A stretch of DNA of 64,000 nucleotides, from NCBI GenBank assembly GCA_033763455.1, contig JANRKO010000092.1:64001-128000 (forward strand), read 5' to 3'. The notes beneath the pieces were generated by a model. The model was not told the origin of the DNA. It saw nothing but the letters and a program-made list of their open reading frames with translations, and searched no databases. This stretch comes from Polyangiaceae bacterium (GTDB taxonomy: Bacteria > Myxococcota_A > Polyangia > Polyangiales > Polyangiaceae). Positions 28,224-37,719 of this stretch are shown piece after piece. The position numbers were made by a program, and so were the translations under genes. Numbering within the stretch: position 1 is the stretch's first letter; the number at the start of each line of letters is the position of its first letter.

Positions 28224-31166
28224 CTAGATGGAATCCCGCCGTTTGAGCAGTAGCAAGATGAAGATCATCGTGATGAACAAGATCGCCGCAAGCACGGTGA
28301 GCGGGAGCCATGCGGATAGGTAACCCGTGAAGCCCCAGGCGCCGTTGAAGTCTGTGCTGGCGATCTGCGCTTGTGCACAATGGAATTTACCGGCGAAGAC
28401 GAAATTCTCGGGGCTCGTGACGTCAGGCTTCTTCAGATCGATCACCCACGCCGGATCATTGGCGATGGCAATTCGCTCTTGGGCCACAACACCTTGAAAA
28501 CCCCAACGAGCAGGCATGAGGAACATCGGCCACTTCAGCATCGGATTGGTGGTCATGGGTACCATCAGGCCGCCGAGCACGACTTGCGGAATGAGTGCGA
28601 TCGGGGTGAGCGCCATGGCCGCTTCACTGCTTTCCACAATCGCGCTCAAGAGCAGACCCACTGCCACTGAATTGATCGATACCGCTACGAGAGTTGCGAG
28701 CTCTAGGCCAAAGGCGACAATTCCACCGTTGAAGCTGAGCGCGAAAAACACAATCGCAAGCAATGTGGCGCACTGCACCACGCAGATCGCCCCGAGCAAC
28801 ACGAACTTCGAGAAGACGTAGTTGAAAAGCTTCAGGTTCACCATGCGCTCGCGCCGATAGATCGCGCGTTCGCTCACGATTTCGCGCGCGGCATTGCTCG
28901 TTCCAAACCACACGGCGGCCACCACGAGGAAGAAGATGGCTCCCGCGTGGTCAGGCGTGGCCTGCATGCTGTTCAACATGCCCTCGGCTTTATTGAGCCC
29001 ACCCGAGCGTTGGCCGAGCTCCTGCAGAGCGCCTAAGCACCAAAACGGAATCGCGTCTTTTTGGCCACCAAATACCAAGGCCAAGAGAACGCCGATGATG
29101 GGCGCTTGCAGCAGCATGATCGCGGTGCCCATTCCATCGCGGAATTTCACCTTGAAGTAGCGGCTGAGCAGAAGGCCAAATTGACCGCGCGTGGCGGGAC
29201 GTTTACGTGAAACAGCGGGCTGTGTGGAGCCGGCGCCCACGGCTCTTCTTCCCGAATACATTTCCTCAAAGATGGGATTCTGCGGGCTAAAAAACTCGCG
29301 ATTCCATTCTTCTGCAGCTTGCCGGCGAGCCAGGACGCGGGGCGCGTTGGGATCTTGAGCGCGCATAGCGTCAAAGATGGGCCGCTCGCGGCGATTTAAC
29401 ATGTCGAACATGTCACGCGGATTATCAACCGTATTTTTCTGACCCAATTTTTCGAGGAACGAACCAAAAAAGCGGTAACCGCCCGTGCTCGGTCCGTAAT
29501 AGATGGGCAAGCCGCCTTGGCCCAAGATCAACGCTAGGTTAAACTTCTCATACTCTTCGCGGGCAGGCTGGTGGATGGTGGTGATGATCGTTTTGCCAGT
29601 ATTTTTAGCCAGATCCGACAAGAGCGTGACGAGTGCTGTGGTGTCGTCCGCGGCCAAACCACTTGTGGGCTCATCCAGGAACATGATGACGGGGTCCGTC
29701 ACCAGCTCCATAGCAATGTTGACGCGTTTTCTTTGCCCGCCACTCAATACTTTCTTCTCTGGGCGTCCGATCTGCAGGTGTGCCACGGCTTCGAGCCCGA
29801 GTTGCTGCAGCGTAGTCTCCACGCGGCGATCGATTTCTTCGTCCGAGTAATCTGGAGGAAGGCGGAATTTAGCGCTGTAGCGCACCGCTTCCCAAACGGT
29901 TAACTCGGGGTGAACGATGTCGTCTTGAGGCACATAGCCAATGGAGCCCCGGAGGGCATCGTAGATGGTGTAGAGATCTTCGCCGTTGATACGAACTTGG
30001 CCGTAGGTTGGTGGCAAGTAGCCGTTGAGCGTTAGCAGGAGCGTCGTTTTCCCGGCACCGCTTGGCCCCATGAGAGCAATGAGATCGCCCGGAAGTGCTT
30101 TGAAATTAACGTGATCCAGCAGAGTTTTGAGGGCACTCGGGTTGTCGCGGTCGGGTACCTGGAGCACCAAATCCCAAGCTTCGATCTCGTAAAGAGCGCG
30201 GCCCGCCCATTGGGCGGAGTCTTCCACCACCACCGAGACGTCTTGCCCCGCCACTTGCAACAGCAAGGGCATCGGACCGATGAAGACTTTTTCTCCGTGG
30301 CTCACGGCTACGCGTTGGCCGGGCGGGATGCGCTGGCCGCGCACATACGTGCCGTTGGCACTTCCCAGATCTTCCAGGAAGAGCTTGCCGCCAACGCTGT
30401 GGAGCAACGCGTGTTTGCTCGATACCTGCGGGCTCGCAAGCACGATCTTGTTATCCGGCGTGCGACCGATGGTCTGGGTGCTCGCGGGCGCGGAGCCACC
30501 CATCATGATCTGACCGACTACGGTCTTGTGTCGGGGCCGTGTAGCTGGGTCCAGCGGGGCGGCGGCGGGCGCAGGTGCGTGGGCCGGTGGATGGGCCGGC
30601 GAATGAGTGGGGCCCAGCGTTTGTGCTAGCTGCCGCACCAACTCCACCGGAAGGGGCACAGGGCCAAGGGCTAAGAGCGCATGTGGATCCAAAGCGTGAA
30701 CCTGCTCGGGCGCCAGGCGCTGCCCGGCTAGCCAGGTTCCGCTCTTCGAACTGTGATCCGTAACACTGAGTGGCGAAACGGTGAAGGTTGCGTGGAGGCC
30801 CGAAACGTTGGAGTTGGCAACCACGATATTGGCGCGTGCCGGATCTCGCCCGAAGCTAAGCGTTCCGGGCACTACCGGAGCTTGCCCCGGGGTGAGCAGC
30901 ATGAGGCTGAGCGCTGGGTGGGCATTCGGAAGTGGCGTGTTGCCCAATACAAACTGCGAGCGAAAATCAAACGGAACCTGTGAACCAGGGGCCACCGGTG
31001 CGCCGTTCACTCCCGAGGGCGCTACTCCGAGGTCTTGAAACATGAGCCCCGCATCTGTGAATACAATGCGAGCATGTTCTGGTGCAACATCGGGTGTGCC
31101 CAGGCGAATGTCGCAGTGAGCCGCACTACCGAGTATTATCGAACGTTTGCCGAAGCCAGGGATCAT
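28224..31166 (-). CDS. Triple-FHA + ABC ATPase + ABC-2 permease fusion (ABCG/Rv1747-like)
   Basis: FHA-like motifs (LGS..EHA; FGR..SGLHA..SKSGT; IGR..SSKHA..SANGT), GPSGAGKT, LSGGQRKR, FLDEPTSG, TIHQP, C-terminal TM helices. Confidence 0.92.
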   Translation of the reverse strand: MIPGFGKRSIILGSAAHCDIRLGTPDVAPEHARIVFTDAGLMFQDLGVAPSGVNGAPVAPGSQVPFDFRSQFVLGNTPLPNAHPALSLMLLTPGQAPVVPGTLSFGRDPARANIVVANSNVSGLHATFTVSPLSVTDHSSKSGTWLAGQRLAPEQVHALDPHALLALGPVPLPVELVRQLAQTLGPTHSPAHPPAHAPAPAAAPLDPATRPRHKTVVGQIMMGGSAPASTQTIGRTPDNKIVLASPQVSSKHALLHSVGGKLFLEDLGSANGTYVRGQRIPPGQRVAVSHGEKVFIGPMPLLLQVAGQDVSVVVEDSAQWAGRALYEIEAWDLVLQVPDRDNPSALKTLLDHVNFKALPGDLIALMGPSGAGKTTLLLTLNGYLPPTYGQVRINGEDLYTIYDALRGSIGYVPQDDIVHPELTVWEAVRYSAKFRLPPDYSDEEIDRRVETTLQQLGLEAVAHLQIGRPEKKVLSGGQRKRVNIAMELVTDPVIMFLDEPTSGLAADDTTALVTLLSDLAKNTGKTIITTIHQPAREEYEKFNLALILGQGGLPIYYGPSTGGYRFFGSFLEKLGQKNTVDNPRDMFDMLNRRERPIFDAMRAQDPNAPRVLARRQAAEEWNREFFSPQNPIFEEMYSGRRAVGAGSTQPAVSRKRPATRGQFGLLLSRYFKVKFRDGMGTAIMLLQAPIIGVLLALVFGGQKDAIPFWCLGALQELGQRSGGLNKAEGMLNSMQATPDHAGAIFFLVVAAVWFGTSNAAREIVSERAIYRRERMVNLKLFNYVFSKFVLLGAICVVQCATLLAIVFFALSFNGGIVAFGLELATLVAVSINSVAVGLLLSAIVESSEAAMALTPIALIPQVVLGGLMVPMTTNPMLKWPMFLMPARWGFQGVVAQERIAIANDPAWVIDLKKPDVTSPENFVFAGKFHCAQAQIASTDFNGAWGFTGYLSAWLPLTVLAAILFITMIFILLLLKRRDSI

Positions 31167-31217
31167 AGATGGGATGCCTTGGGAGAGGGGAACACGGAGG
31201 TTAACTTGCAGGCGCTT

Positions 31218-33386
31218 TTAGTGCAGGTGCACAGCGAATTCGGCGCGACCGATTCGCAACAGTGATTCATCCACCACGGGCAGCCACGCTCCGAGCGGTG
31301 CCTTGGTGCCGTTCACGTGTGTGCCGAGCTCAGCTTGCTCAGTGCGTACGAAAAGCCGCCCATCCTCCAGCTTAAGTGAGGCGTGGACGGGTGCGGCTTG
31401 GGTGGCATCAAGCACGATGCTGCAGTGCTGAAGATCGCTCCCAGCTCTGATTTCTGCGCCCGGCACGATGGTGAACACGCCCGGGGCTCCCTCTAGAATC
31501 GCACGCCTTCCCTGCGCGAGATCTTCGGCGGTGAGTGCCCGGGGCGGCTCTTGGCGTGCCTCCGCCCTATAGCCAGGCCCAGGCCCAGGCGGCGGCTGTT
31601 GCCCGCCGTAGCCCGGAGGAGGGCCGTAACCGCCTCCGGGAGGAGGGCCATAACCGCCGGGCCCTGTTGGACCGGAAGGACGCCGCTTCTTACCACTTTG
31701 CGCGATCACAATAATCAGTAAAAGCACTACGACAACGCCAAAGGCTCCTGCAAGTACGTAGAGGAGCGGAAACGGCGGCTCCGTCCCCGGCAGTTCCACA
31801 ATCGTATCGGCAGTGACACCACTGGCTCGGTGAGCTTTGTTGTCGTAAACCACCAAACGCACAATGGCTTGGGATCCCGAGCCTTGCAGCAGCTTGTCTT
31901 TATCGGGTGCTTGAAATTCGACCACCGTGTCATTGGCGCTTACCGTGGTCCCCTTCATTCCCATAGCGATGAGCTGCTGTTGCGCATTTTTGGCAGCTGC
32001 GATGTCTTTGCCGGTCAGCTCCTTGGGTACGGCTTGCCCTGCCGGGAGGAAATAGACCTCTGCTCGGGATGCGTCGCCACCCCAACAAAAATCACCGTAA
32101 ACTTTGAAGTTCCCGCCCGCGTAAACGCCGTTTTGGCGCTTGGCTGCATCCTTGGTGAGCTGGATGTTCACGTCGAGCGGCCAAGCCGTTGGGTCGACCC
32201 CGATTGGAACATCTTTAAATGTGTTGTCTCCACCGATCTGGGGCTTCACGTCGCTGAACACCAAGTTGAAAGTTTGGGTCACCGTGGGCGCCAAACAAGA
32301 AACTTTCCACTTGACGATGTGCATCTTGGCAAAGCGTGAGCGCACAGCGTTCACCACAGCGGAAGCGCGCGCGCCTTGGCCCTCCTGCACCACGGTGAAG
32401 AATCCGCCGATCTGGGGGTTGGCCAGGTTCTGCATGAACTCGAGCGAGTTCTGTCGAAATTCGTCGATGCTGCGGTAGGGAAAGAGGACGCTGATAACCG
32501 GCACCGGCACCTTGGGGGCAGCAGTATTGTTTTCGGGGAAGCGCCCTTGGGTCATGTATTGTTGAAGCTGCATCGCTCCGGGGCCGCTTGTTGCTGCATC
32601 CGCACCGCCGTAGCCATTCGAGAGCACCACCATCGCTTGGTGGAGCGGCACCGTGACAGTCTCGCCCACGTTTCCGAGCGCCCCGAAACCATCAGTGGCG
32701 GCCTGTTTGATGATGCTAAGCAAGCTGCGGGTGCGGCCTTGGCTCGGATAGGTACCGGTTACGCTATCGACGAACCCGGTTACTTTGTCTTTGGCGGCGG
32801 CGCTGTTCCACTGCGAGTCCTGCACGACTTGGCGGTCGTTGAAGAACATCACGTTAACAATGTCGTTGGGCCCCATGCTGGCAACGAAGCGGCGGGCAAC
32901 CTGCCGCGCATCGTCGAGGCTCTTGCCCATGCGCTTGTCTGCGTCGATGAGGATGAGCCAAGCGGTTCCTACTCCGGGCTCGGCCTGGCTATCGCCCCAC
33001 TTGGTGTGGCTCACATGCGTTGCGGGGCGTTCGGACCCCTCTACGAGCACGGTAAACAGGGCCTGTTTTTCTGGAAACGGAAATGGTGTGTAGAGCGCGT
33101 ACGGCTTTTCTAGTGCATCGCTCATGCACGAAAACTGAGCGCTACCGGTCAACGTCGCGCACGGCGCGATCACTGAACTTACGCGGGTGCTCTGGACGAT
33201 CTCCACCAAAGTGGTGAGCACTGGATTGCCTCCCCCTTGCGAAGCCCTGGGATCGACCCGAAGAATGTGTGCCTCGGGGGCAGCGTGGGCTCCAAATGGG
33301 AGGAGCCAGATGGCGCACAGGATAATGAGTGCCTGCCACGGCAGGGAGCGACGTGGAGCAAGAGCGGGGGAGCCTTTGGTAAACAT
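31218..33386 (-). CDS. Membrane-anchored vWA-like protein with cytoplasmic Pro/Gly-rich linker and FHA-like domain
   Basis: Signal peptide ..GAHA; WLILID..M, MFFND, VVLSNG (vWA-like, degenerate MIDAS); TM helix; GYGPPP repeats; AG..HA..GTHVNG..LRIG. Confidence 0.75.
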   Translation of the reverse strand: MFTKGSPALAPRRSLPWQALIILCAIWLLPFGAHAAPEAHILRVDPRASQGGGNPVLTTLVEIVQSTRVSSVIAPCATLTGSAQFSCMSDALEKPYALYTPFPFPEKQALFTVLVEGSERPATHVSHTKWGDSQAEPGVGTAWLILIDADKRMGKSLDDARQVARRFVASMGPNDIVNVMFFNDRQVVQDSQWNSAAAKDKVTGFVDSVTGTYPSQGRTRSLLSIIKQAATDGFGALGNVGETVTVPLHQAMVVLSNGYGGADAATSGPGAMQLQQYMTQGRFPENNTAAPKVPVPVISVLFPYRSIDEFRQNSLEFMQNLANPQIGGFFTVVQEGQGARASAVVNAVRSRFAKMHIVKWKVSCLAPTVTQTFNLVFSDVKPQIGGDNTFKDVPIGVDPTAWPLDVNIQLTKDAAKRQNGVYAGGNFKVYGDFCWGGDASRAEVYFLPAGQAVPKELTGKDIAAAKNAQQQLIAMGMKGTTVSANDTVVEFQAPDKDKLLQGSGSQAIVRLVVYDNKAHRASGVTADTIVELPGTEPPFPLLYVLAGAFGVVVVLLLIIVIAQSGKKRRPSGPTGPGGYGPPPGGGYGPPPGYGGQQPPPGPGPGYRAEARQEPPRALTAEDLAQGRRAILEGAPGVFTIVPGAEIRAGSDLQHCSIVLDATQAAPVHASLKLEDGRLFVRTEQAELGTHVNGTKAPLGAWLPVVDESLLRIGRAEFAVHLH

Positions 33387-33456
33387 ACGGGCCAAGACTC
33401 TAGAGGATTTTGCGCGCACCCGTGAGTCAGGGAGGGCGCCCGGGAGACCTAGACGC

Positions 33457-33487
33457 AAAAAAGCCCGCAAAGACATGCGGGCTTTTT
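33457..33487 (-). terminator. Intrinsic (likely bidirectional) terminator downstream of rplS
   Basis: AAAAAAGCCCGCA-AAGACA-TGCGGGCTTTTT. Confidence 0.85.
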
Positions 33488-33528
33488 CTGGTTTCCGCCG
33501 TTTGGGCGGCTGACCGAAGGCTACTTCT

Positions 33529-33888
33529 TCAACGATCTTTTTCGTCTCTTACGCGAGCAGCCTTACCTACGAGGTCACGCAAATAGAATAGGCGGCCGCG
33601 ACGAACGACGCCGCGAGAGAGCACCTCAATCTTATCGATGCGGGGTGAGTGGGAGGCGAAAGCACGCTCCACGCCAACGCCAAAGCTCACTTTGCGGACC
33701 GTGAAGGTCGAACGGCTCCCGGCACGATGGCGCTTGAGCACCACGCCCTTGAAGACCTGAACGCGCAACTTGTCGCCTTCGACGATTTTGTAGTGAACCG
33801 CTACGGTGTCCCCGACCTTAAAATCAGGCAAATCCGTGCGGATGAATTGGGCCTCGATGGGCGCGATGAGTGAGGCTGTGAGGGGCAT
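33529..33888 (-). CDS. rplS: 50S ribosomal protein L19
   Basis: [56 protein letters not shown]. Confidence 0.97.
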   Translation of the reverse strand: MPLTASLIAPIEAQFIRTDLPDFKVGDTVAVHYKIVEGDKLRVQVFKGVVLKRHRAGSRSTFTVRKVSFGVGVERAFASHSPRIDKIEVLSRGVVRRGRLFYLRDLVGKAARVRDEKDR

Positions 33889-34065
33889 GACTTTCAAAAA
33901 ACTCCCTGGCCGAGTTAGAGGGCCCGGGTATCTAGGCGGTTGTTTCAGCGTCGTCAACCGAAACAGCCTTGTTTTTTGTTTGGCCGCAGCTCAAGTCGGC
34001 TTGACGTCGGAGGCACGGAGGGCTATCCCCCCGGCCCGTTTTCAGAATTGCAGGAATTTAAAGCC

Positions 34066-34722
34066 ATGAATCAGTTTCCGGGTGTCTTTGGTCGCAAAGT
34101 TGGCATGACACAGATTTTCACCGAGGACGGCACCGTCGTTCCCTGCACCGTGGTCGAGAGCAAGCCCGTCGTGGTGGGCAAGCGCACGAAGGAGAAAAAC
34201 GGCTACGACGCCCTCCTGCTCGGTCTGGGCCAGCGCAAGCCGAAGCACGTTAACAAGCCTCTTGCCGGGTTCTATAAGGGCATGAGCCACGCGCCTGCGG
34301 CTATCCTCCGTGAGCTCCGTTGCGCGGCAGAGTTCGCGTCCAAGTACGAGGTCGGACAGGAAGTGAAGCTCGACGAAGTTTTCCAAGAAGGCCAGTCCGT
34401 GGACGTCCAGGGTGTTACGCGCGGTCGCGGCTTCACCGGCGTCATGCGCCGCCACAACTTCAAAGGCGCTAAGCGCAGCCACGGTGCTCACGAGTATCAG
34501 CGCCACGGCGGTGCCATCGGTACCAACATGACGCCAGGTCGCGTCATGGCCGGCAAGCGCATGCCGGGACAGTACGGCAATGAGCAGGTCACCGTGCACA
34601 ATCAGCCCGTGGTCAAAGTCATGGCCGATCAAGGCCTCTTGTTGATCCGCGGCGCGATCCCGGGTGCCAAGAATGGCCTCGTTGTGGTGCGCGGCGCTGT
34701 TAAAGTTCGCAACATTAAGTAA
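34066..34722 (+). CDS. rplC: 50S ribosomal protein L3
   Basis: GRKVGMTQIF, GYDA, VDVQG.TRGRGFTGVMRRHNF, SHG, TPGRV..GKRMPG, LIRGAIPG. Confidence 0.97.
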   Translation: MNQFPGVFGRKVGMTQIFTEDGTVVPCTVVESKPVVVGKRTKEKNGYDALLLGLGQRKPKHVNKPLAGFYKGMSHAPAAILRELRCAAEFASKYEVGQEVKLDEVFQEGQSVDVQGVTRGRGFTGVMRRHNFKGAKRSHGAHEYQRHGGAIGTNMTPGRVMAGKRMPGQYGNEQVTVHNQPVVKVMADQGLLLIRGAIPGAKNGLVVVRGAVKVRNIK

Positions 34723-34813
34723 CAGGGATCCACGCCCGACAGATGCCGTTCGCACTTTGGCGATCGGCGCATTCCGCCAGGGCGAAACGGCTACCAGTGG
34801 CGCGATGCGCACA

Positions 34814-36229
34814 CTATGCCATGAGGAGTTCCCGTCCCCGGACTATGTGAACGCCGCCCAGGACGCGCGGCGCGCCTCTAGAAACCTCCGGGACTAACAG
34901 CGCTCGAACTACTGACTCCGCCTTGAAGCGCAAGGCGGGCGCGGGCAGCAGCTTACGTGCTGTCTCGTGAGCAAGCCGCTCAAGCTCGCGAACATCAAAG
35001 GGGCGCGCTGACCACTTCACCTCAGCGGTAAGGAGCCGTTTACCATCGTCCGACGCGCTAACGAGATCCCACTCGGGGGCGTTCCCTCGCCACCAGCGCG
35101 CGGGGGTGCGCCATGGTCCGAGCCGTCCGAGAGCTGAGCGGTGGTCGATATCAGTGACAAATGTTCGACACAATTCCTCCCAAGCCAAGGCAGCGAGAAT
35201 GGGCCAGTGCGTGCGCAAGAGGGCAATTCGCTCGTTAGCCTTACTCGAAGCCAAGCGTCCGCGATTGGGAGCTACCACTCGAAACCAGAGGCGCGCGAAC
35301 GGATCATTGAGCTTGTACAGGCTGCGTTTGCTGAGGTGTTCCGGCTCGCCGTAAGGAACTTCGCGGGAAATCAGACCTAGCTCCTGTAGGCGTTGGAGAG
35401 GCCGCGACAGTGAAGTAGCTTTCCATCCGATGCGACCTGCAATCTCCGAGGCCCGGTGCACCCCTTGCCCGACAGTATCAAGGATCGGACGCAGCTCAAC
35501 TGCTGAAGGGACTTCCTCCAGAAGCAGCCGATCGGGCTCCGTGTGCAGTGGCCCAAGCGGGTTCAAAACAAGGGCATCAATCTGAGATTCCACGCCGTTG
35601 CCAGCTTCGACGGCGAGCTCCCAGTAGCGCGGCACGCCACCCCAGGCCGCATACAACTGGACCAGCTCGATGATCGAACGCTTGCCGAAGGCGCTGGGCA
35701 GGTACCGCGGCGACAAAGGCTTGACCTCGAATAGCGCTTCGGCCCGACCATAAAGTGGCGCAGATGCGGCCAGCACCAAACCTTGCATCATGCGCTGGCT
35801 GGACCCAGCGAGTGCAAGCGTTAGCCGAGCGGCTTTGGCCTCGTGGTCGATGAAGCGCTGCAGCACACTCGCGATCTCCGGCGCTGCGAACGCCAGATAA
35901 GGGAGCTCGTCTATCACCAACGGGCCATGCCACTTTCGAGCTCGTGCATCGCGCGCAAGGCGCGAAAATAAACTCGCCCAATCCGGGTACTCAACGTCCG
36001 CGAACCCCGGCAACACCTGAGCAACAGTGCTGGCGAAGTAGCGTCGTTGCACCTCGGGCGCGGATTGATCGGCGACGGTATAGAGCCCCCCGTTTCGCTC
36101 TGCCCATTCAAGAAGCAGGCGAGTCTTCCCGATTCGCCGCCGCCCATAGACAACAGCTAACCGCCCCCCGGTACCGGAAAGCAGGCGCACCAGTACTTCC
36201 ATCTCCTCATTTCGGTTGATGAAGCGCAT
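34814..36229 (-). CDS. Archaeal-type AAA ATPase with wHTH and C-terminal PD-(D/E)xK (DUF234-like) domain
   Basis: FINR..E, YGRRRIGKT, IDELPY, AGSS, PLYGR, GGVPRY, YKLNDPF, WEELC, RWW..EWDLV..AEVKW. Confidence 0.88.
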   Translation of the reverse strand: MRFINRNEEMEVLVRLLSGTGGRLAVVYGRRRIGKTRLLLEWAERNGGLYTVADQSAPEVQRRYFASTVAQVLPGFADVEYPDWASLFSRLARDARARKWHGPLVIDELPYLAFAAPEIASVLQRFIDHEAKAARLTLALAGSSQRMMQGLVLAASAPLYGRAEALFEVKPLSPRYLPSAFGKRSIIELVQLYAAWGGVPRYWELAVEAGNGVESQIDALVLNPLGPLHTEPDRLLLEEVPSAVELRPILDTVGQGVHRASEIAGRIGWKATSLSRPLQRLQELGLISREVPYGEPEHLSKRSLYKLNDPFARLWFRVVAPNRGRLASSKANERIALLRTHWPILAALAWEELCRTFVTDIDHRSALGRLGPWRTPARWWRGNAPEWDLVSASDDGKRLLTAEVKWSARPFDVRELERLAHETARKLLPAPALRFKAESVVRALLVPEVSRGAPRVLGGVHIVRGRELLMA

Positions 36230-36413
36230 TATGCTGGGAAACATAATGCAATACCGCATAATATGTCAAATGGCGTGCGCGTCCGCGGCGGAAAACGCCC
36301 GTACCATGAAAATCCTCAGCCGAGATGAGCGCTTTGACAAGAAGAGCGGTGGGGCTCGCGAACGAACATGGCGCCCATCGCAACAAGCTGAGCTTGAGCG
36401 TTGATCCCTTTGA

Positions 36414-36560
36414 TCAGGGGCAGCCGATGTCTACGTCTAAAGTGAGCACGGGTGCCCCTTGTAGGGCTGCCGCGACACCACCCACGACCATAAACTCCAC
36501 ACGGTGCTCGCACAGCACTCGGAGCATTTTTCCCCAATCGACTACCGCCATTGGTGCCAT
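36414..36560 (-). pseudogene. Truncated nucleotidyltransferase (MNT/DUF6036-like), 48-aa remnant
   Basis: Manual translation MAPMAVVDWGKMLRVLCEHRVEFMVVGGVAAALQGAPVLTLDVDIGCP*: GG and DxD motifs present, then a premature stop. Confidence 0.7.
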
Positions 36561-36578
36561 GCGCAGAAGCGGAATCCG

Positions 36579-36689
36579 CTACTCCACGGCGGGAATACGA
36601 CGGACTGAAGCCAGCGAGTTCAGGAAATTTTCCACGGCCTTGAGGCGTTCGGTAGGCGTTAAACCAAGATATCCCGATTCGTCGGTCAC
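36579..36689 (-). CDS. Tiny partner protein (36 aa) upstream of the nucleotidyltransferase remnant
   Basis: GTG overlaps the GGDEF stop (GTGA); LGLTPTERLKAVENFL resembles the L.LTP.ERL peptides that often precede such NTases. Confidence 0.45.
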   Translation of the reverse strand: MTDESGYLGLTPTERLKAVENFLNSLASVRRIPAVE

Positions 36690-37414
36690 AAAGGACGCTC
36701 TATGCGTGCGCCACAGTTGGGGCAGAATAGCTCGCCCTGATGAGGGCTCCCGAGCGGAACTTCCAAAGTGAACGACGAATTGCACTCGCGACAGTCATCG
36801 CGAATGCTGCGGCGCTGCGCCTTCTCGACGTCAGGAGAGTAGCGGATAACGCAGTTTCGGCCTTGGATTTTGGCCGTTCCCACGGTTGCCTCGAGCATGC
36901 GCATTGCAACCCGATGTGTGAGAATCTCATCGCCCGTATCGTCAGAAGTCATCCACCCAATGCTGACAGTGCAGCTCATCGTGCCATGCTCGGTTGAAAC
37001 CGCAATGCCTTCGATTTCTGCGCGCAAGCGCTGAAGCGCGTCGTGAATTGAGCCTTCGACGACATTGGGGCCTTTAGGCCCAAGCAGATAGAACTCATCT
37101 CCGTGTGCACGAATGGGCATGGTACTAGCGATGTAGTCCTCAAACGCTGCCAGCCGCTTCCCAATCTTCTGAAGTAGGCCGTCCGCTAGTTCGTACCCAA
37201 ATTTGTCGTTGACGCGCTTGAAGTAATCGACCTCGATGAATGCAAACCAGAAAGGCTCACCGCGTTCCAGTGCGTTCCTCAGGCTTTCTGCGAGCGCCTG
37301 ATCATTGCCGAGCCCGGTGAGCCGATCACGGAGCTGCTCCTCGCGGACAAGCGCTTCAATCTGCCGTTGCAGCTCCCCAAGCGCGGCTTCCAACTTCTGA
37401 GTCTGCTGTGTCAA
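36686..37414 (-). CDS. Non-canonical GGDEF-domain protein (HGDEF) with N-terminal coiled coil and C-terminal Zn ribbon
   Basis: RDRLTGLGN, IEVDYFKRVNDKFGYELAD, RAHGDEF, TVSIG, AKIQGRN; CRECNSSF..CPNCG; TTG start overlaps the upstream stop (TTGA). Confidence 0.85.
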   Translation of the reverse strand: MTQQTQKLEAALGELQRQIEALVREEQLRDRLTGLGNDQALAESLRNALERGEPFWFAFIEVDYFKRVNDKFGYELADGLLQKIGKRLAAFEDYIASTMPIRAHGDEFYLLGPKGPNVVEGSIHDALQRLRAEIEGIAVSTEHGTMSCTVSIGWMTSDDTGDEILTHRVAMRMLEATVGTAKIQGRNCVIRYSPDVEKAQRRSIRDDCRECNSSFTLEVPLGSPHQGELFCPNCGARIERPL

Positions 37415-37719
37415 CTCAAGGCACCGGAAATCTCGAGCGCGAGTCGGCGGGGGTTTTCGTAAGGCTGCCCCTCCACTGGGACATCAACACTCACCATCCG
37501 CCCGTCGGGAAGCTCGCTCGTGACGACCCAAACGGGTGCTCCGTGCCGCCTTCCCAATTCTGCAGAGACAAGGCGAAACCCACGTTCTCGGAGCTCATCT
37601 CTCAGCGCGTTGTCAAACGACCTGCGCGCCGGCTCTCTCGATGAGCCAGCAAGGGCCAGCAAGCCGAGGGCGGCAAGACCACCTGCCACCCACATTGCCG
37701 AGCTATCCTGCTTCGCCAC
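37411..37719 (-). CDS. Small hypothetical protein, single N-terminal TM helix plus alpha/beta domain
   Basis: WVAGGLAALGLLALAG hydrophobic helix; 4-bp overlap with the GGDEF gene. Confidence 0.7.
   Translation of the reverse strand: MAKQDSSAMWVAGGLAALGLLALAGSSREPARRSFDNALRDELRERGFRLVSAELGRRHGAPVWVVTSELPDGRMVSVDVPVEGQPYENPRRLALEISGALS

Noticed and set aside
34042..34812. 256-aa minus-strand ORF
   Set aside because: Antisense shadow of rplC, typical of GC-rich codon bias
36686..37414. Cas10/type III CRISPR polymerase or Hypr cGAMP synthase
   Set aside because: It has classical GGDEF flanking motifs (D.LTGL.N, FK.VND), no HD domain or cas neighbours, and retains the Asp that Hypr enzymes replace with Ser
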